The position numbers were made by a program, and so were the translations under genes. A DNA stretch of 64,000 bases from Phoronis australis (lineage: Eukaryota; Animalia; Phoronida). Below are positions 1 through 11,289 of the stretch, piece after piece. Within the stretch, counting starts at the first letter, position 1, and each line of letters starts with the position of its first letter. The stretch spans positions 647,145 to 711,144 of the forward strand of contig NMRA01000075.1 of the NCBI GenBank assembly GCA_002633005.1. Reading direction: 5' to 3'. Under the pieces are notes generated by a model. It had not been told where the DNA came from. It was given only the letters and a program-made list of their open reading frames with translations, and did not search any database.

Positions 1-519
1 AAAATCATTGTCGTCGGACAACTCAGTTCGCCTACGCTTTGTACACCGACCACACGTCGTATTGTCACTTATTTCCGATAATTTCTCTTCTGCCATGGAA
101 TTGCCATCTTTTTCCTTTAAGCTGTATTCCAGTTTCTCAGAAGAATGAGTCTCACTTGTTTGTGTTTTCATAGAATGGTCGGGCACAACGTTTTCTTTGT
201 CACTTTCAGGAATCCCTGACGTACAGAGGTCACCTGACATTTGAGTTAAAAGGTCACTAGAGTCAATCCGTTCAGGCTGCGGCTCAACCTCGACTTCTTG
301 GCTTTTTTGTAACGATTTCGGAGAACATTTCGCTTCTCTTTTCTGGTTTTTCGCCTCAGCCATCTGCCGATAGTTTTCCATCATATATATCGAACGAGCT
401 TTGAACAAAACCGTTGACACGAGCAGATTCTTACATAAGTTTATACCTCCACGTTGCTTGCGCGAGTCTGCAATCTTGCCCAGTGAAACAGCTATCAATT
501 TCCCTGCCTCCGAAGCCAT
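1..519 (-). CDS. IER5L: Immediate early response (IER2/IER5/IER5L family) protein, 3' end outside window
   Basis: Manual translation from ATG at 519 gives MASEAGKLIAVSLGKIADSRKQRGGINLCKNLLVSTVLFKARSIYMMENY, matching the IER N-terminal signature (EA..I.SISLGKI..SR.QRGG..LHKNLLVS.VL..AR..Y). The frame stays open for 173 codons to the window edge, with a low-complexity middle and a KRRR basic motif. No intron is seen. The symbol is family-level only; orthology among IER2/5/5L is not resolved. Confidence 0.9.
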   Translation of the reverse strand, partial: MASEAGKLIAVSLGKIADSRKQRGGINLCKNLLVSTVLFKARSIYMMENYRQMAEAKNQKREAKCSPKSLQKSQEVEVEPQPERIDSSDLLTQMSGDLCTSGIPESDKENVVPDHSMKTQTSETHSSEKLEYSLKEKDGNSMAEEKLSEISDNTTCGRCTKRRRTELSDDNDF

Positions 520-699
520 AATTGTAGTCCAGAACCTATTGATTAGATCCGACGATATCACAAAATCAGATCCTGATAGTCCGAAAAGAAGGTTGTTTAG
601 TATCAGAAAGAACAAAGACGAGTGTGCGCTGATAGTCTACACTCGACAAGTGCGTACAAAGCAATGCCTCTTTTTGTTGTCTGAACCTTATTTGAATAG

Positions 700-1054
700 C
701 ATTACGTCAAGGGTATTTATATCGACCAATCGTAAGCTGCTATTGGTGACGTGTCCTGGCATTCCCGCCTTACTGGAAATGTCGACCAATTGAACAGCGG
801 GACAGCATCACAAGTGACCCCGTGAACTTTGCATCACTGTTAATGACCCCACAATGTCGGGAGATAAATATTGGTTCGTTACTATGGTTTTCATTCATGG
901 TGCTGACGTAACAGAGCTGGGGTAATCTGAAGTTCACGAAGCTAGCGAACTAGAATTGATTGACGTACGCGCGGGCACTTTATCCTGGCATGAGTTCAGA
1001 ATAAAAATCTGACATTGTATTGTAAATAAGGTCGTCAGGGAGTGGGGATTTTCC
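700..1054 (-). promoter_or_regulatory. Immediate-early-type Pol II promoter of the IER gene
   Basis: TATAAATA on minus strand at 714-721, about 195 nt upstream of the ATG. CRE/ATF-like TGACGT cores at 702-709, 747-752, 904-911 and 961-966. CCAAT boxes at 726-730, 742-746, 786-790 and 870-874. Canonical kB site GGGATTTTCC at 1045-1054. Confidence 0.7.
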
Positions 1055-1867
1055 GCGATAAGGTTCACTGACTCGAGGCTGCTGACATTCTTGGCGTTCC
1101 ATTCCCTTTTAAGGAATGGCGGGATTCCGTGTAGGGCTGTCGCATTGACGGGAAGTTGTGTATTCTTTTTACACGTTGAGATCCCTTTTGTGTGCCTCCA
1201 TGGTTACGTTTATTTGACGACTTTTTGCATTGAAATTTGAAGTCAATATTATTGTGTTGTTATGTTTTTTCATCTCGTTTATAGAACGTTTATTCCGACA
1301 CTTGTGTGAAATGCTTTTAAAACATTTTATGAGGTAGGATACAATATCAATTAATTACTCCAACCACACTTGAATTGATATATCGGATAAAACTGAAAAC
1401 TTTTCTGGTATTTACTACAAAGGTATAAGCACAGCATACGTAAGTACCCACGTGCGTATGAAATGAAAAAACGCAACGCTAGTTTTTAATGTAAGTAAAA
1501 AATTTTAGGTAAATAACTCTTTCAGTTCAAAATATAGTAAACAGCATGCACCAATGGCAAACGGACGTTACTTTCCCGACCACTGCTAGTAAAACGTGTA
1601 ATTTACGTCAACGTGTACTTTTATAAACATTTGGAGTGAAGTACGCAACTAATGCCAGTTGTTTATGTTTTTTCTTAGGAGTAATATAGTCCTAGGTTAT
1701 TACATAATTAAACAGAGACCGACAAAATCCAAACTTCGACAGTTAATCTCTGTCAACATGTTTCGTGTGTCCCGGACGAAAACGACTTGCTACGTCCCTG
1801 CACCCTTAGTGTGAATCTAACGGTAAATGTTTTCAACACGAACATGGCAACACCCACCGCATCCACC

Positions 1868-2090
1868 NATTGTTGGTATAGTTCATTGTCACTCCCTGTA
1901 ACTGACTGTATCTGTGCTTCATTACTTGTTGCTGGGCCTAGCTAGGTGGCCACTGTATTATGACTTCTGAGGATGGTGTTTAATAAATGACACCGAAACA
2001 TGTCAAGTTTTAAATCCGTTGTTGTTTTCGTGAACATATGCTGTTACTTGCTATCATGGAGAACAGATTCTGGGATTAACCCATATTAAC
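1868..2090 (+). mobile_element. Penelope-like element terminal (pLTR) remnant
   Basis: Contains a minimal hammerhead motif of the form typical of Penelope-like element termini. No RT or GIY-YIG coding sequence is visible. Boundaries are approximate. Confidence 0.45.
1962..2009 (+). ncRNA. Minimal type I hammerhead ribozyme
   Basis: GACTT-CTGAGGA-T-GGTGTT[TAATAAAT]GACACC-GAAA-CATGTC^AAGTT. Intact CUGANGA and GAAA core with one extra U after A9, a 6-bp stem II, a palindromic ACATGT stem III, a GUC cleavage triplet ending at 2004, and stem I GACTT/AAGTT. Confidence 0.75.
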
Positions 2091-4454
2091 CACGTTCTTG
2101 TCAAGGCTCGATACTTACGACTTTAAAAGTCACAGGTGAAAAGGTTGGCGGCGACTGAAAGTGCGAAGACCGACATGAGTTACCCCAAACAGTGGGAAAT
2201 ATATTAGGTCAAGGAGAGATGCCTTTATTCATTGCTCTTCTCAGAAATATTCTATTTATTGCTATAATTTGTATTGTATTTTATAGAATTCCATCTGATT
2301 TTGCCCTGAATATTGGATTGTACCCAAAAACCATGTCCAGGTTTTTGAAGTCCTGTGTTTCATGCGATCGCGCTATCTATGGAGAATTATCCAAACCACA
2401 ACTCTCACATCCTCCGAGAACAGTAGTTGCTCGGCTCGCGCTGACTTACATAAAGGTTCAAGCTAGTCGCCACGTATGATACGCCAAATCTTCCAGACAG
2501 GAGCTCTTTTCTACGTGTTAATGTTATGCTTATTCAACTCGCAGAATTGGTTATTACCACCAGGGATAAGTGCCCAGTTGCATGAAACAGTACCCAATAG
2601 GGACTCAACTGAGGTGACTAAATCTTTTGCATATTTGTGTCGTTCCTTACTCACACATGCAATATATTTCTATCTTATATCTTTATTATAAGCTCCTCTT
2701 CGGCTAATGACAATTTCTAATAATATAAGTAAAATCTAAATCTTAATTTATTGAAAATAACCGAGTAGGGACTTAGTCCTTAAATTATGGGGGTTGCATG
2801 AAAAGATACCCATTTATTTTCAATGATATTGAGAATTCAATGTAGAAATCACTCAAACTTTGTATCGAAGTCATCGAATGACTTAGTAATGGAACGAAAA
2901 CAGCACAAGAAAGGACATTATTTTTTTTCACAAGTCCGCAAGCATGCATTATTAGACTTAGGGACCTTAGCTGAGGCCTATTTGGGACTGTTTCATCATA
3001 GCCTACATGTAGGTTTCATGAAACAGAGCAGAGCCGGGGTTTCGTAACGGTACGCGAATCTATATGAGTAGGTACTGTACATATCCAATCTAAGGAGTAC
3101 TGGCGCACAGAATCAGTAAGACTGGCCAGATTCATAGTACAAGTGATAGAAAGTGGTTGCCTTCGATCTAATGGGATACTAAAGGGTGTAATATAAATAT
3201 GAAGTACGCGCACTGATAATGTATTTGCGTATCGTACTTAAGCTTTACTCGTTGTCGAATGGCAGTTTTTGCGCGTAGCGCAAGAAATTCTACGTATTCA
3301 GTAAGTACATTTTTTCGCGCACACGGGTACTCGTGAACCTTTTGGAGGATCCATTGCTTTGTGCAATTGTTCATAATCGCAAGCTACAGAATCTTTCGCC
3401 TCCACGTTCCTTTTACCATCCCTACTGGCAATGAGGTGTAATGTTACTTATTCTTAATGTTGCTCGTCCCTGATATCTCTCGATTCCACATCCGTAACGA
3501 TCCCCTATTGTCCTTTCGCACAAATTGAAAGTTTTGAAGAGGATGAACAGTCAGTAACCATTGCTGTTAGGAATTTCACAACGATGCTATTGTTCTTCCT
3601 ATCGTTTTCTTAATTTAAATGTCTCAAAGACAGGTGGTGCTGCTAAAGCGGCACTAAAGCCTAAAGACAAATGAACGCGTAAAACCATACGATCTGACAA
3701 AGTGGTTTCAGTGTTACTTCTAAGCACAGTATCGGATTTTGGTTGTTTGGGGCGCATTTCTTTACGTAGGAAACTGGACAGAGTGACCGTTGATTTCATC
3801 ATCTGGACATTCCTACGAGAGCGGCCCGTTGAGATCAGCGCATGCAGTGAGACATACGTGTACATGTACATGTATACAGAGAAAAGTGGCAATGTGTGCC
3901 GTCTTCTAGTAACGATTTTCAAAATGTGAAAACAAGAGGTCAGCGTAATTATTTCTATATTTGAAGACTCTCTCCGTTACAGTCTCCGTTATATAATTTC
4001 AGAAACATGTCCCTGAAGAAACGGACTTTTGGATTTTCTAAAAATGTCCCCTTAAATTAAAAAATCTCAGTGCTGTGGAAAATCTGTACATTTCATGAAA
4101 TTTTCTTGAAAATTTTAGAAGTGAGGTAAGGTGCCCATTATCAAGTGCCTGGGACGATACAAACTGAAAATCCTGAAACTAGGCAGCTAGATGGATAAAT
4201 TTGGCAAGTAATTAAATGTCTTTTGACGTTACCAGCAGGAAATTTTGATTTTTTAAGAAGTTGTAATCATCAACGAAATTGCCCCATAAGCGGGGACAGG
4301 CTTCATAGTGTAAGGCCCGCACCGGTAAATGGAAAATGTTTTCATTTGAACCTTGACTTGTCTCACTTCTTTGCTGGGTCTTTCTCTTCACATTTTTGCC
4401 TGAATCTGTCGCCTTCCACCTAGGTTTCTCCCCTGACACCAGAAAACTATTGGG

Positions 4455-4681
4455 CAGAGGCGGATATACGGGGGGAGTCAGGGGCCTTAAGCCCCTCGAG
4501 ACAGGATCAAAAATAAAAATAAAAATTGTCGCCAGGAAAACGAAATCAGCTACAAAATCAAAAAATCTTACACGGGAAATGGGGAACCCCCACCCGACCT
4601 ATTCCCACTCGGCGCTACGCGCCTCGGATTCGTTCGCGCAAATCCTAACCCCCGCTTACTGAAAACGTAGATCTGCCACTG
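4455..4681. mobile_element. GC-rich MITE (CAGTGGCGGATC-type ends, hAT-like)
   Basis: Imperfect TIRs CAGAGGCGGATATACG / CGTAGATCTGCCACTG. The right ~90 bp match, in reverse complement, the sequence at 63910-64000. Confidence 0.7.
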
Positions 4682-4815
4682 CTGGAGGAAAGTTCTGTCC
4701 TGTCCCCGCTTCTTGCGGCCCCAGGCATGCTGTGTGACTGCGTTTAGTCGCCATTGTTGAATACTATATGCACTCCACTGTCCCACTCCATATGTACATA
4801 TATGTTGAAGACATA

Positions 4816-5013
4816 ATTGCGCGTGCTCATTTAGTATTCTATTTTCACGTTCGATGACGTCAGCCGTTGAGTGGTGTAGTGGTAAAGTCGGCGACTCGAA
4901 ACTCTTGAGGCCCGGGTTCGAATCCGGCAAAAATGTTATCTCAATAGTGAGATAACTTTATGGGTTATTACACGGTTGTATCTGCCATCCGAGGCTAATA
5001 TTGTGGTTTAAAA
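4816..5013 (+). mobile_element. 3' part of hairpin-ended repeat carrying a CRE and a tRNA-like cassette (copy 1)
   Basis: About 200 bp homologous to 8663-8868. TGACGTCA at 4855-4862, A-box-like TGGTGTAGTGGTAAA, B-box GGTTCGAATCC, and hairpin GTTATCTCA-N4-TGAGATAAC. Confidence 0.7.
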
Positions 5014-5015
5014 TA

Positions 5016-5062
5016 CAATACAGGGCAATACAACACAACACAATACAATACAATACAATACA
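5016..5062 (+). repeat. (CAATA)n microsatellite
   Basis: Direct observation. Confidence 0.85.
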
Positions 5063-6502
5063 AGTAGCGTTGCATATCATCACTCCACGGAATTCAACGC
5101 AATGAACAAATTCTTAGAGATACATGTAACTTTATTTGTATACTTATTTGTGTGTGCATGTGCTCATACATGTATATAAGGATGCGTGTGCGTAAGTCTA
5201 CATGTATGTGTGCACAAAAGCTGAGTAAAGCTTGTAATTTGTTTATGGTTATTCACGGTAGACATGATTGAAAATCAGCTTGAGTCATTTCATATTATCT
5301 GAAATTTTGTTTTCTTAATATCTAAGTCTAGCAGGTGTGTGGGTGTTTATCTTGTCTAGATTTGGAGAAGATCTTTCATTCTTAAATGATGTTTCTGGAA
5401 ATGTGAAAGCCTGCGTAAACAGTGAGTTGGCATGATTGATTTGTAAAATGGAGTCTTAAGTGTCGGATTGTAGTTGCAGAATATTAGCGATAAAGTTTCC
5501 TGGGAGAATTGGTGAACGAGACTTTTTAAATAGATTGTGATAACAAATGAAGTAGTTATGGAAGTAATGTGGAAGTTGTATGAATAAAAACTCGCTTTAA
5601 TGTGCATAGCTTGCACACTTCACGAGGTCGCAATTTAAAGTGCTTACATTTGAATACACATGGTCCAGGTGAGCTACAAAGAAACCTGTCATTGTCATTG
5701 ATATTTTAAGGAAAAACCTTTTTACTTCAGTACAAATAAGCCGGTTTGCGCTGTAAAATACAAAATTATCTTCAGCACAAAGTGTTACTTTGAAGTTAAA
5801 ATCTGTCGTTTTTTTCTGTATTGTTATTTTCGCATGGCTGCTTAAAAAGTAATTCGTCGGTCGTTCAAAGGAAATTATTGGTTTGTTGGAATTGAAGTTA
5901 ATAGCTTTGACCAATGCCATACAATCGTAAATTCTGTTGCGTTTGTTTATTTTTTTTCGAAATTGCTTATCCTCGACGTAGACTGCCAGAAATTCGTTGA
6001 AATCAAGACCGGTGACTTTATCAGTTAAACACGCTTAAAGTACTTAGGCATTTATCGAGTGAGATTTAGCTCTTCAAGCATACATGTAGAACTTTCATGT
6101 AACCGCGGGACTTCCAGTTTCGATTGTGAGCTGTAGCTTGTCCCAAGAATTTACCTTTTTTCAATGATAAGGTTTCCCTAAAGATCGATTTTGTGTTCAG
6201 TACGTTAATACGATAACTCTTCACTAATCTAGCACACTATATGGTCGACAAGGGAGTTAATCTATTTTTTCAAGTTCTTCACAAAACTGAACACTTTGTC
6301 ATTTGAAATGAGCTATTCAAAAATAATTGATCTTAGAAAGAAACACTAAATCAATTAATTCATAAGGTATTACCAGACAATCCCACTCTCGTGAAAGAAT
6401 CAATTGGTATGTCCTATGTGCACCACTCAAAAGAAGACTGACACTGGTCTACATGTACCTATAAACACCCGCACGTGCACCTCCACCCCCACGCACGAGT
6501 AT

Positions 6503-6525
6503 GTATATATACATTTATTTATTTA

Positions 6526-6557
<32 letters not shown>

Positions 6558-6683
6558 GTTTATTTATTTATCATTTATTTACATATATATATATTTATTT
6601 ATTATTTATTTATTTATTTATTTAGCGATATTTAAACGCTGGCAATGGTTTACTTGTATATATATATGTATATATATATATAT
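6503..6683. repeat. Compound (TA)n/(TATT)n microsatellite
   Basis: Direct observation; source of the spurious YIYI ORFs. Confidence 0.95.
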
Positions 6684-6908
6684 AGGATATACCACTCAAA
6701 AGATTAAAAACTTTTTTGTCTGTTACAAGTAATCCATGCTTTGACCTGTATAGATGCCATAAAACGACATTTTGCAAATATTCCAATATTTTAAATAAAG
6801 GAATAGGAGTGGAAAACGGAAAATTACAACTTGGAAATGTTTTTGTTCGAAATAAGTGAAGAATTACCATAATACTGAGCTTAAGACTCTTTCGAAAGGT
6901 AGCACTGT

Positions 6909-7240
6909 GGATGTTGTTTATCATCGGCTTCTCATCGGTTAAGTAATGAAACCTACGTCATAACATTCAGTCATTCCCATTGGTTGAAATCTGGAAAACC
7001 CCTTTGACTTGAATGGTTGCAATTTATTAAAACGGGCAGTGATTGAAGTAAACAAAATCAAGGGATCTCCATCCCGTGACTAAACCCAAAAAAGTAAAGT
7101 GCATAGAAGTCGTGCGGAAGTGGTGGCGATGTGATCGATAAACTTCCGACCAAGCATACGCATTGATGCCCACACACGGAATTCCGTGTTTCCACAAGGC
7201 CTCTCTTCAGTATAGGTGGCGCTGTGTCAGAGGGTATAGC
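6909..7240 (+). repeat. Unclassified dispersed repeat, copy 1 (copy 2 at 19169-19520)
   Basis: Long shared blocks such as CGTCATAACATTCAGTCATTCCC, TTGCAATTTATTAAAACGGGCAGT, GATGTGATCGATAAACTTCCGA and CACACGGAATTCCGT. Confidence 0.85.
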
Positions 7241-8062
7241 TAACTTCTGATCATCGCCATTATCTTTTAAAAAGCAGAAGCGTGTCCCAAATCAGTCATT
7301 AAAACTAATGTATCAAATCGGCAATAGTGATTAATTTTGCGAATCGGTTTATCGCCGATTACACGGAAACAACGTTACATTCCACCGATGCAAACCCTTT
7401 GTGAGATAGACGTAGTCGTTTTAAATGCAGTGTTTCGTAACAAGTATAACAAATGAAGTAGGCCTAATAAAATCAGGGCTAGGTTACGGAGACGTAAGAA
7501 ACTCGCGACAACGTAACGTAGAGATTCTTCGAGATGTCGCCATGCATTACGCGAGATCATTTTGTGTCCAATGAGCTATATGATTTATCTCATTTCTTGT
7601 GTCAATGGAACGAAGTTAGATTTGTGACAATATCACCGTGACAGGGCATGGTTTCTTTTAATTGTGGTGATGAGTAGAGTGGGGTAAGACGCACTAGCAA
7701 AGCAAGAAAAATAGTGCGTTTTGACTCTTCTAATACATATGTCCTACTTAATTATCATGAACTCATTTGCATAGACGTTATCTACCAGTGGGAGTTAAGA
7801 ACTATATAAAAACAAATTAGGGATTTTTGCCGTTTGGTAATAATAACGCCCACCCCTTTGGCGTAAACCGAGCTCAGGCGTTCGGGTTGGAGTAATAGCC
7901 ACTTTCACTCTTTTCGGTACGAATAAAACGCTCAGTAACAGGCATTTTGCTCTGGCTTGTAGGCTATCTAAAAAAATTAAGAAGTTCGTTCAGGTTCAAA
8001 TTCTTTTAGTAAGGCAATGATAATGATAAACGAGACGCACTAGCGCGCTTATAAAAATATAT

Positions 8063-8868
8063 ATAGATTATCACATGGCGAAGTCGTTATCCCCAGTTAT
8101 TTAGAGCCCGAGTGGATTTTGGAGAATTATCGCCCGATAACGGCTGAGAACATGTAATAATCTATTTATACCACATACTAAACGAGAAACATTGCAATGA
8201 ATCGATTTACCTTTTCTTACTCTCCACGGCTTTTGTAACTACTTTCTATGTCAGAGGCCCGGGGTCGGAGGTCGTGACCTTTTAAGAAAACCCCGGCTAT
8301 TTTTGTCAAATAATGCTTTTACTCAAAACCAATTGAAAACTTAAACATTATAGAAATAAATTGAATTGATAAATTAAGGTTTACCAACTATTATAGCTTA
8401 AAACCCGTTTTTTTCACGCTAAGCTTCGACCGGGAAATTATCGTCTGCTAAAGTAGGTTACCACTGGTAACTGAATATAATTCTCAAGTCAAAGATCCTG
8501 ACGACACGATACCCGCATTCAAACTAGAAATCGGTGATTTACAAGTAAGAGGACATGCGAGAAAAATTTCACCGAATGAAGATATCATTTTTATGGAAAT
8601 TGTGTGTCTTAGTTTTCGTAGCGTATATGTACAGTACGATGCGGTTTGTTGAACGTGCGATTATTGCGCGTGCTCATTTAAGTATTCTATTTTCACTCTT
8701 GATGACGTCAGTCGCTGCGTAGTGGTAAAGTCGGCGACCAGCAATATTAGGGTCCCGGGTTCGACCCCGTCCTCGGTTTCCCGCCAAATCGTTATCTCAC
8801 TAATGAGATAACTTTATGGGTTATTACACGGTTGTATCTGCCATTTGACGTTAATATTGTGGTATAAA
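8063..8868 (+). mobile_element. Non-autonomous element with 5' terminal hairpin, offset inverted repeat and internal tRNA-like cassette (copy 2; family uncertain, possibly Crypton-like)
   Basis: ATAGATTATCACATG (8063-8077) pairs with CATGTAATAATCTAT (8151-8165). TTTATACCACA (8165-8175) is a perfect inverted repeat of TGTGGTATAAA (8858-8868). CRE at 8703-8710, followed by A/B-box-like sequence. Confidence 0.65.
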
Positions 8869-11051
8869 ACGTGTTTATCTAAGAAAACAGCATTACGTCA
8901 TTTATGTGCTACCATTATAACTTAACGAGACTAAAACATGTTTCAATCGTTCAGTTTTCGACTGTCTTTCGGAAAATACTAAATGTCAAATACCACTGTG
9001 AATTAAAGATGTACTTGCATGCTCCTAAATATGATAGTTTATAGCAGGAGTTAAACGATTTGAACATAATCTACGCTAAACACAGTGCAGTTGTATTCAT
9101 TGACAACTTGTAAATGTGAAAACAAAAAATTCTGCAAATAGGTGACCTTTGCACTGATGACGTACCCGCATCATGCAGTGTTATTGCCCAACACCATGTT
9201 ACGATACTTACTGAATACGGTTGAGAGATTTACGGCGGATCATTTTCGACACAAAACTCGTTCAGTGGGAAGTTCCTGGAAAGCACGTGTATTCAAAATG
9301 TGTACCCTGTGGAAAATTTTCCTTTGCGCATGGTCTAGGAAGCTTTGCAAAATAAACCGTATAGTCCGGATACCTATCGTCGTCAGGCTCCAAAGGTCGT
9401 CCGCCATCTTCTTTCGCGTGCAGCGCAGCCACGCGGGACTTAGCGTTCCAATTTGAAGTCCTCGTCTGCACGTTAGGTACTAACCTCTCGGGAGAAACAC
9501 GCATGGAAGAACTGAGACTAAAATTAATGCATTTACCGACTGTTTTTTTGAGACCACTTAAAAACTTGTTGATTTTACTAATGCACTTTTTTGTTCATTT
9601 TCAGAAGATATTTTCGAAATTAAATTTTCTTCAGACGGAACAAAAAGCAACCCAGGGATTGTTTATGCAATGTATCTATTTGTCCCAGGCACTAACCGAC
9701 ATCTGTTAGGCCAAAGGAAAAACGCAGCAGACAAATGGAACACGCTGGGTGCTTAACAGTTTCGGCCCACGCCTTGGTCATCAAACTATTGTTCACTTGT
9801 TTTTTTTTTGCAACACAAAGTACTGAGCTCACCATTTATGTTGAAATTTTTGGTTAAAGCATTTTGAATTGATTTGAAGAAAATTAAAATACTTGAATTG
9901 ATAGAGAATGGCCACCAATAAAGTAAAACATTGACTTTATTTCACTATATTGCAATTATTACATACAACACAGCATGACATAATCAAAAATAAAAGAAGA
10001 GATTGAGCAATAAAATTCAAATGCAACTTGGGTATTTATATATTTATTTATTTATGAATGCAGAAGCCTGTTAAAGATGAGAAAAAATCAAACAATACAA
10101 TTATGGGTAATAATTTATTAGAACAATTGTATCGAGGTTCAATGATCAACTTTCGCCGACCAAGTCTCAAAGGGTTACAGTTCTGTTTTGGCTGACAAGG
10201 TGTTAACAGAGAATGAAGAGAAACTGAAAAGAAAAAAAGGACAGCAGAGATAAGTGGTGTTAAGAACAACATGAACAAAAAGTCAAATAAAGAGGTCACA
10301 AATACAAAATAAATGAGGTCTATCTGGAATAAAACAATTTATTTTCCAGAACTGAAATTCTAAATCAATTTTAATCGATTTAAAAATCGATATCATACTA
10401 GTAAAACGGTTTGTGGTTGAAGTAGAGTTGCTGTAAACCACTTTCCACTATTTTCTTGGCCTTTTCCTGTGTGGTTTTCTGTTCATTTAAAAGGCAGCAG
10501 CATATGACGACCATTGGAGTCATTATAAATGGCTGCCGAAAAGCAACGCACAGTTGAACAACTCGGCTTAAGTAAAAGAAAACGTTTGAATCAACGAATA
10601 CTATATATTTGTAAACGTTAAATCAAATCCTATTCAGAGCATAACTTTGAAATGGAATAATTGGGTGAGTACGACAACAAGGCGGTTTTATGCTTAGGCG
10701 GACGACCATTGGGTTCCCGAGTATACTTTACGTTCTACATGTATGTCATGATATAGTTACACTTCTGACTTACAGTGGAGGTTTAATTTCAGTTCACGCA
10801 AAATCTTTTTACAGTGTTTTGTTGCTTATAGAAGCATGGTTGTCCACCGAGATCGAGTCTTAAAGTTGACTGCAGTATCAGGGGCACGCTCAGTCGTGAC
10901 TAAGCAATTTACTAAAAACCGTTACGAACACCTTCTCATTTGAAATGAGCTTTTCTCAAATAAATGAGCTTCGAAAAAATGACTTAAATTGAATACTTAA
11001 TAAGGTATTGCCCAGACAATGCCACACTGGCAATTTCATTAATCGGTCTAT

Positions 11052-11053
<2 letters not shown>

Positions 11054-11134
<81 letters not shown>
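11054..11134. repeat. (TA)~40 microsatellite
   Basis: Direct observation. Confidence 0.97.
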
Positions 11135-11137
<3 letters not shown>

Positions 11138-11289
11138 TATAGTAACTACTTACAAATGCCTGCTGCACGACGTACATGTAGAAGATCACGTAAATAAGTC
11201 AATTGGGACGCTGGCGTGCGTGGCGCACGTGCTTCATAGTTTTAACGGACATGGCGCTTTGCCATTTATATTAGATAAGTTCACATCCC

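Noticed and set aside
401-793. 130-aa plus-strand ORF
   Set aside because: Starts at TTG, has no recognisable motif, and is antisense to the IER start and promoter; a shadow ORF.
4863-4930. tRNA gene (also 8711-8770 and 11290-11345)
   Set aside because: A/B boxes are present, but no convincing cloverleaf acceptor and anticodon stems; all are embedded in repeats.
7165-7215. Minus-strand CTGAAGA...GAAAC hammerhead-like motif
   Set aside because: No proper stem II closing pair, G at the cleavage position, no stem I, and not conserved in the second copy.
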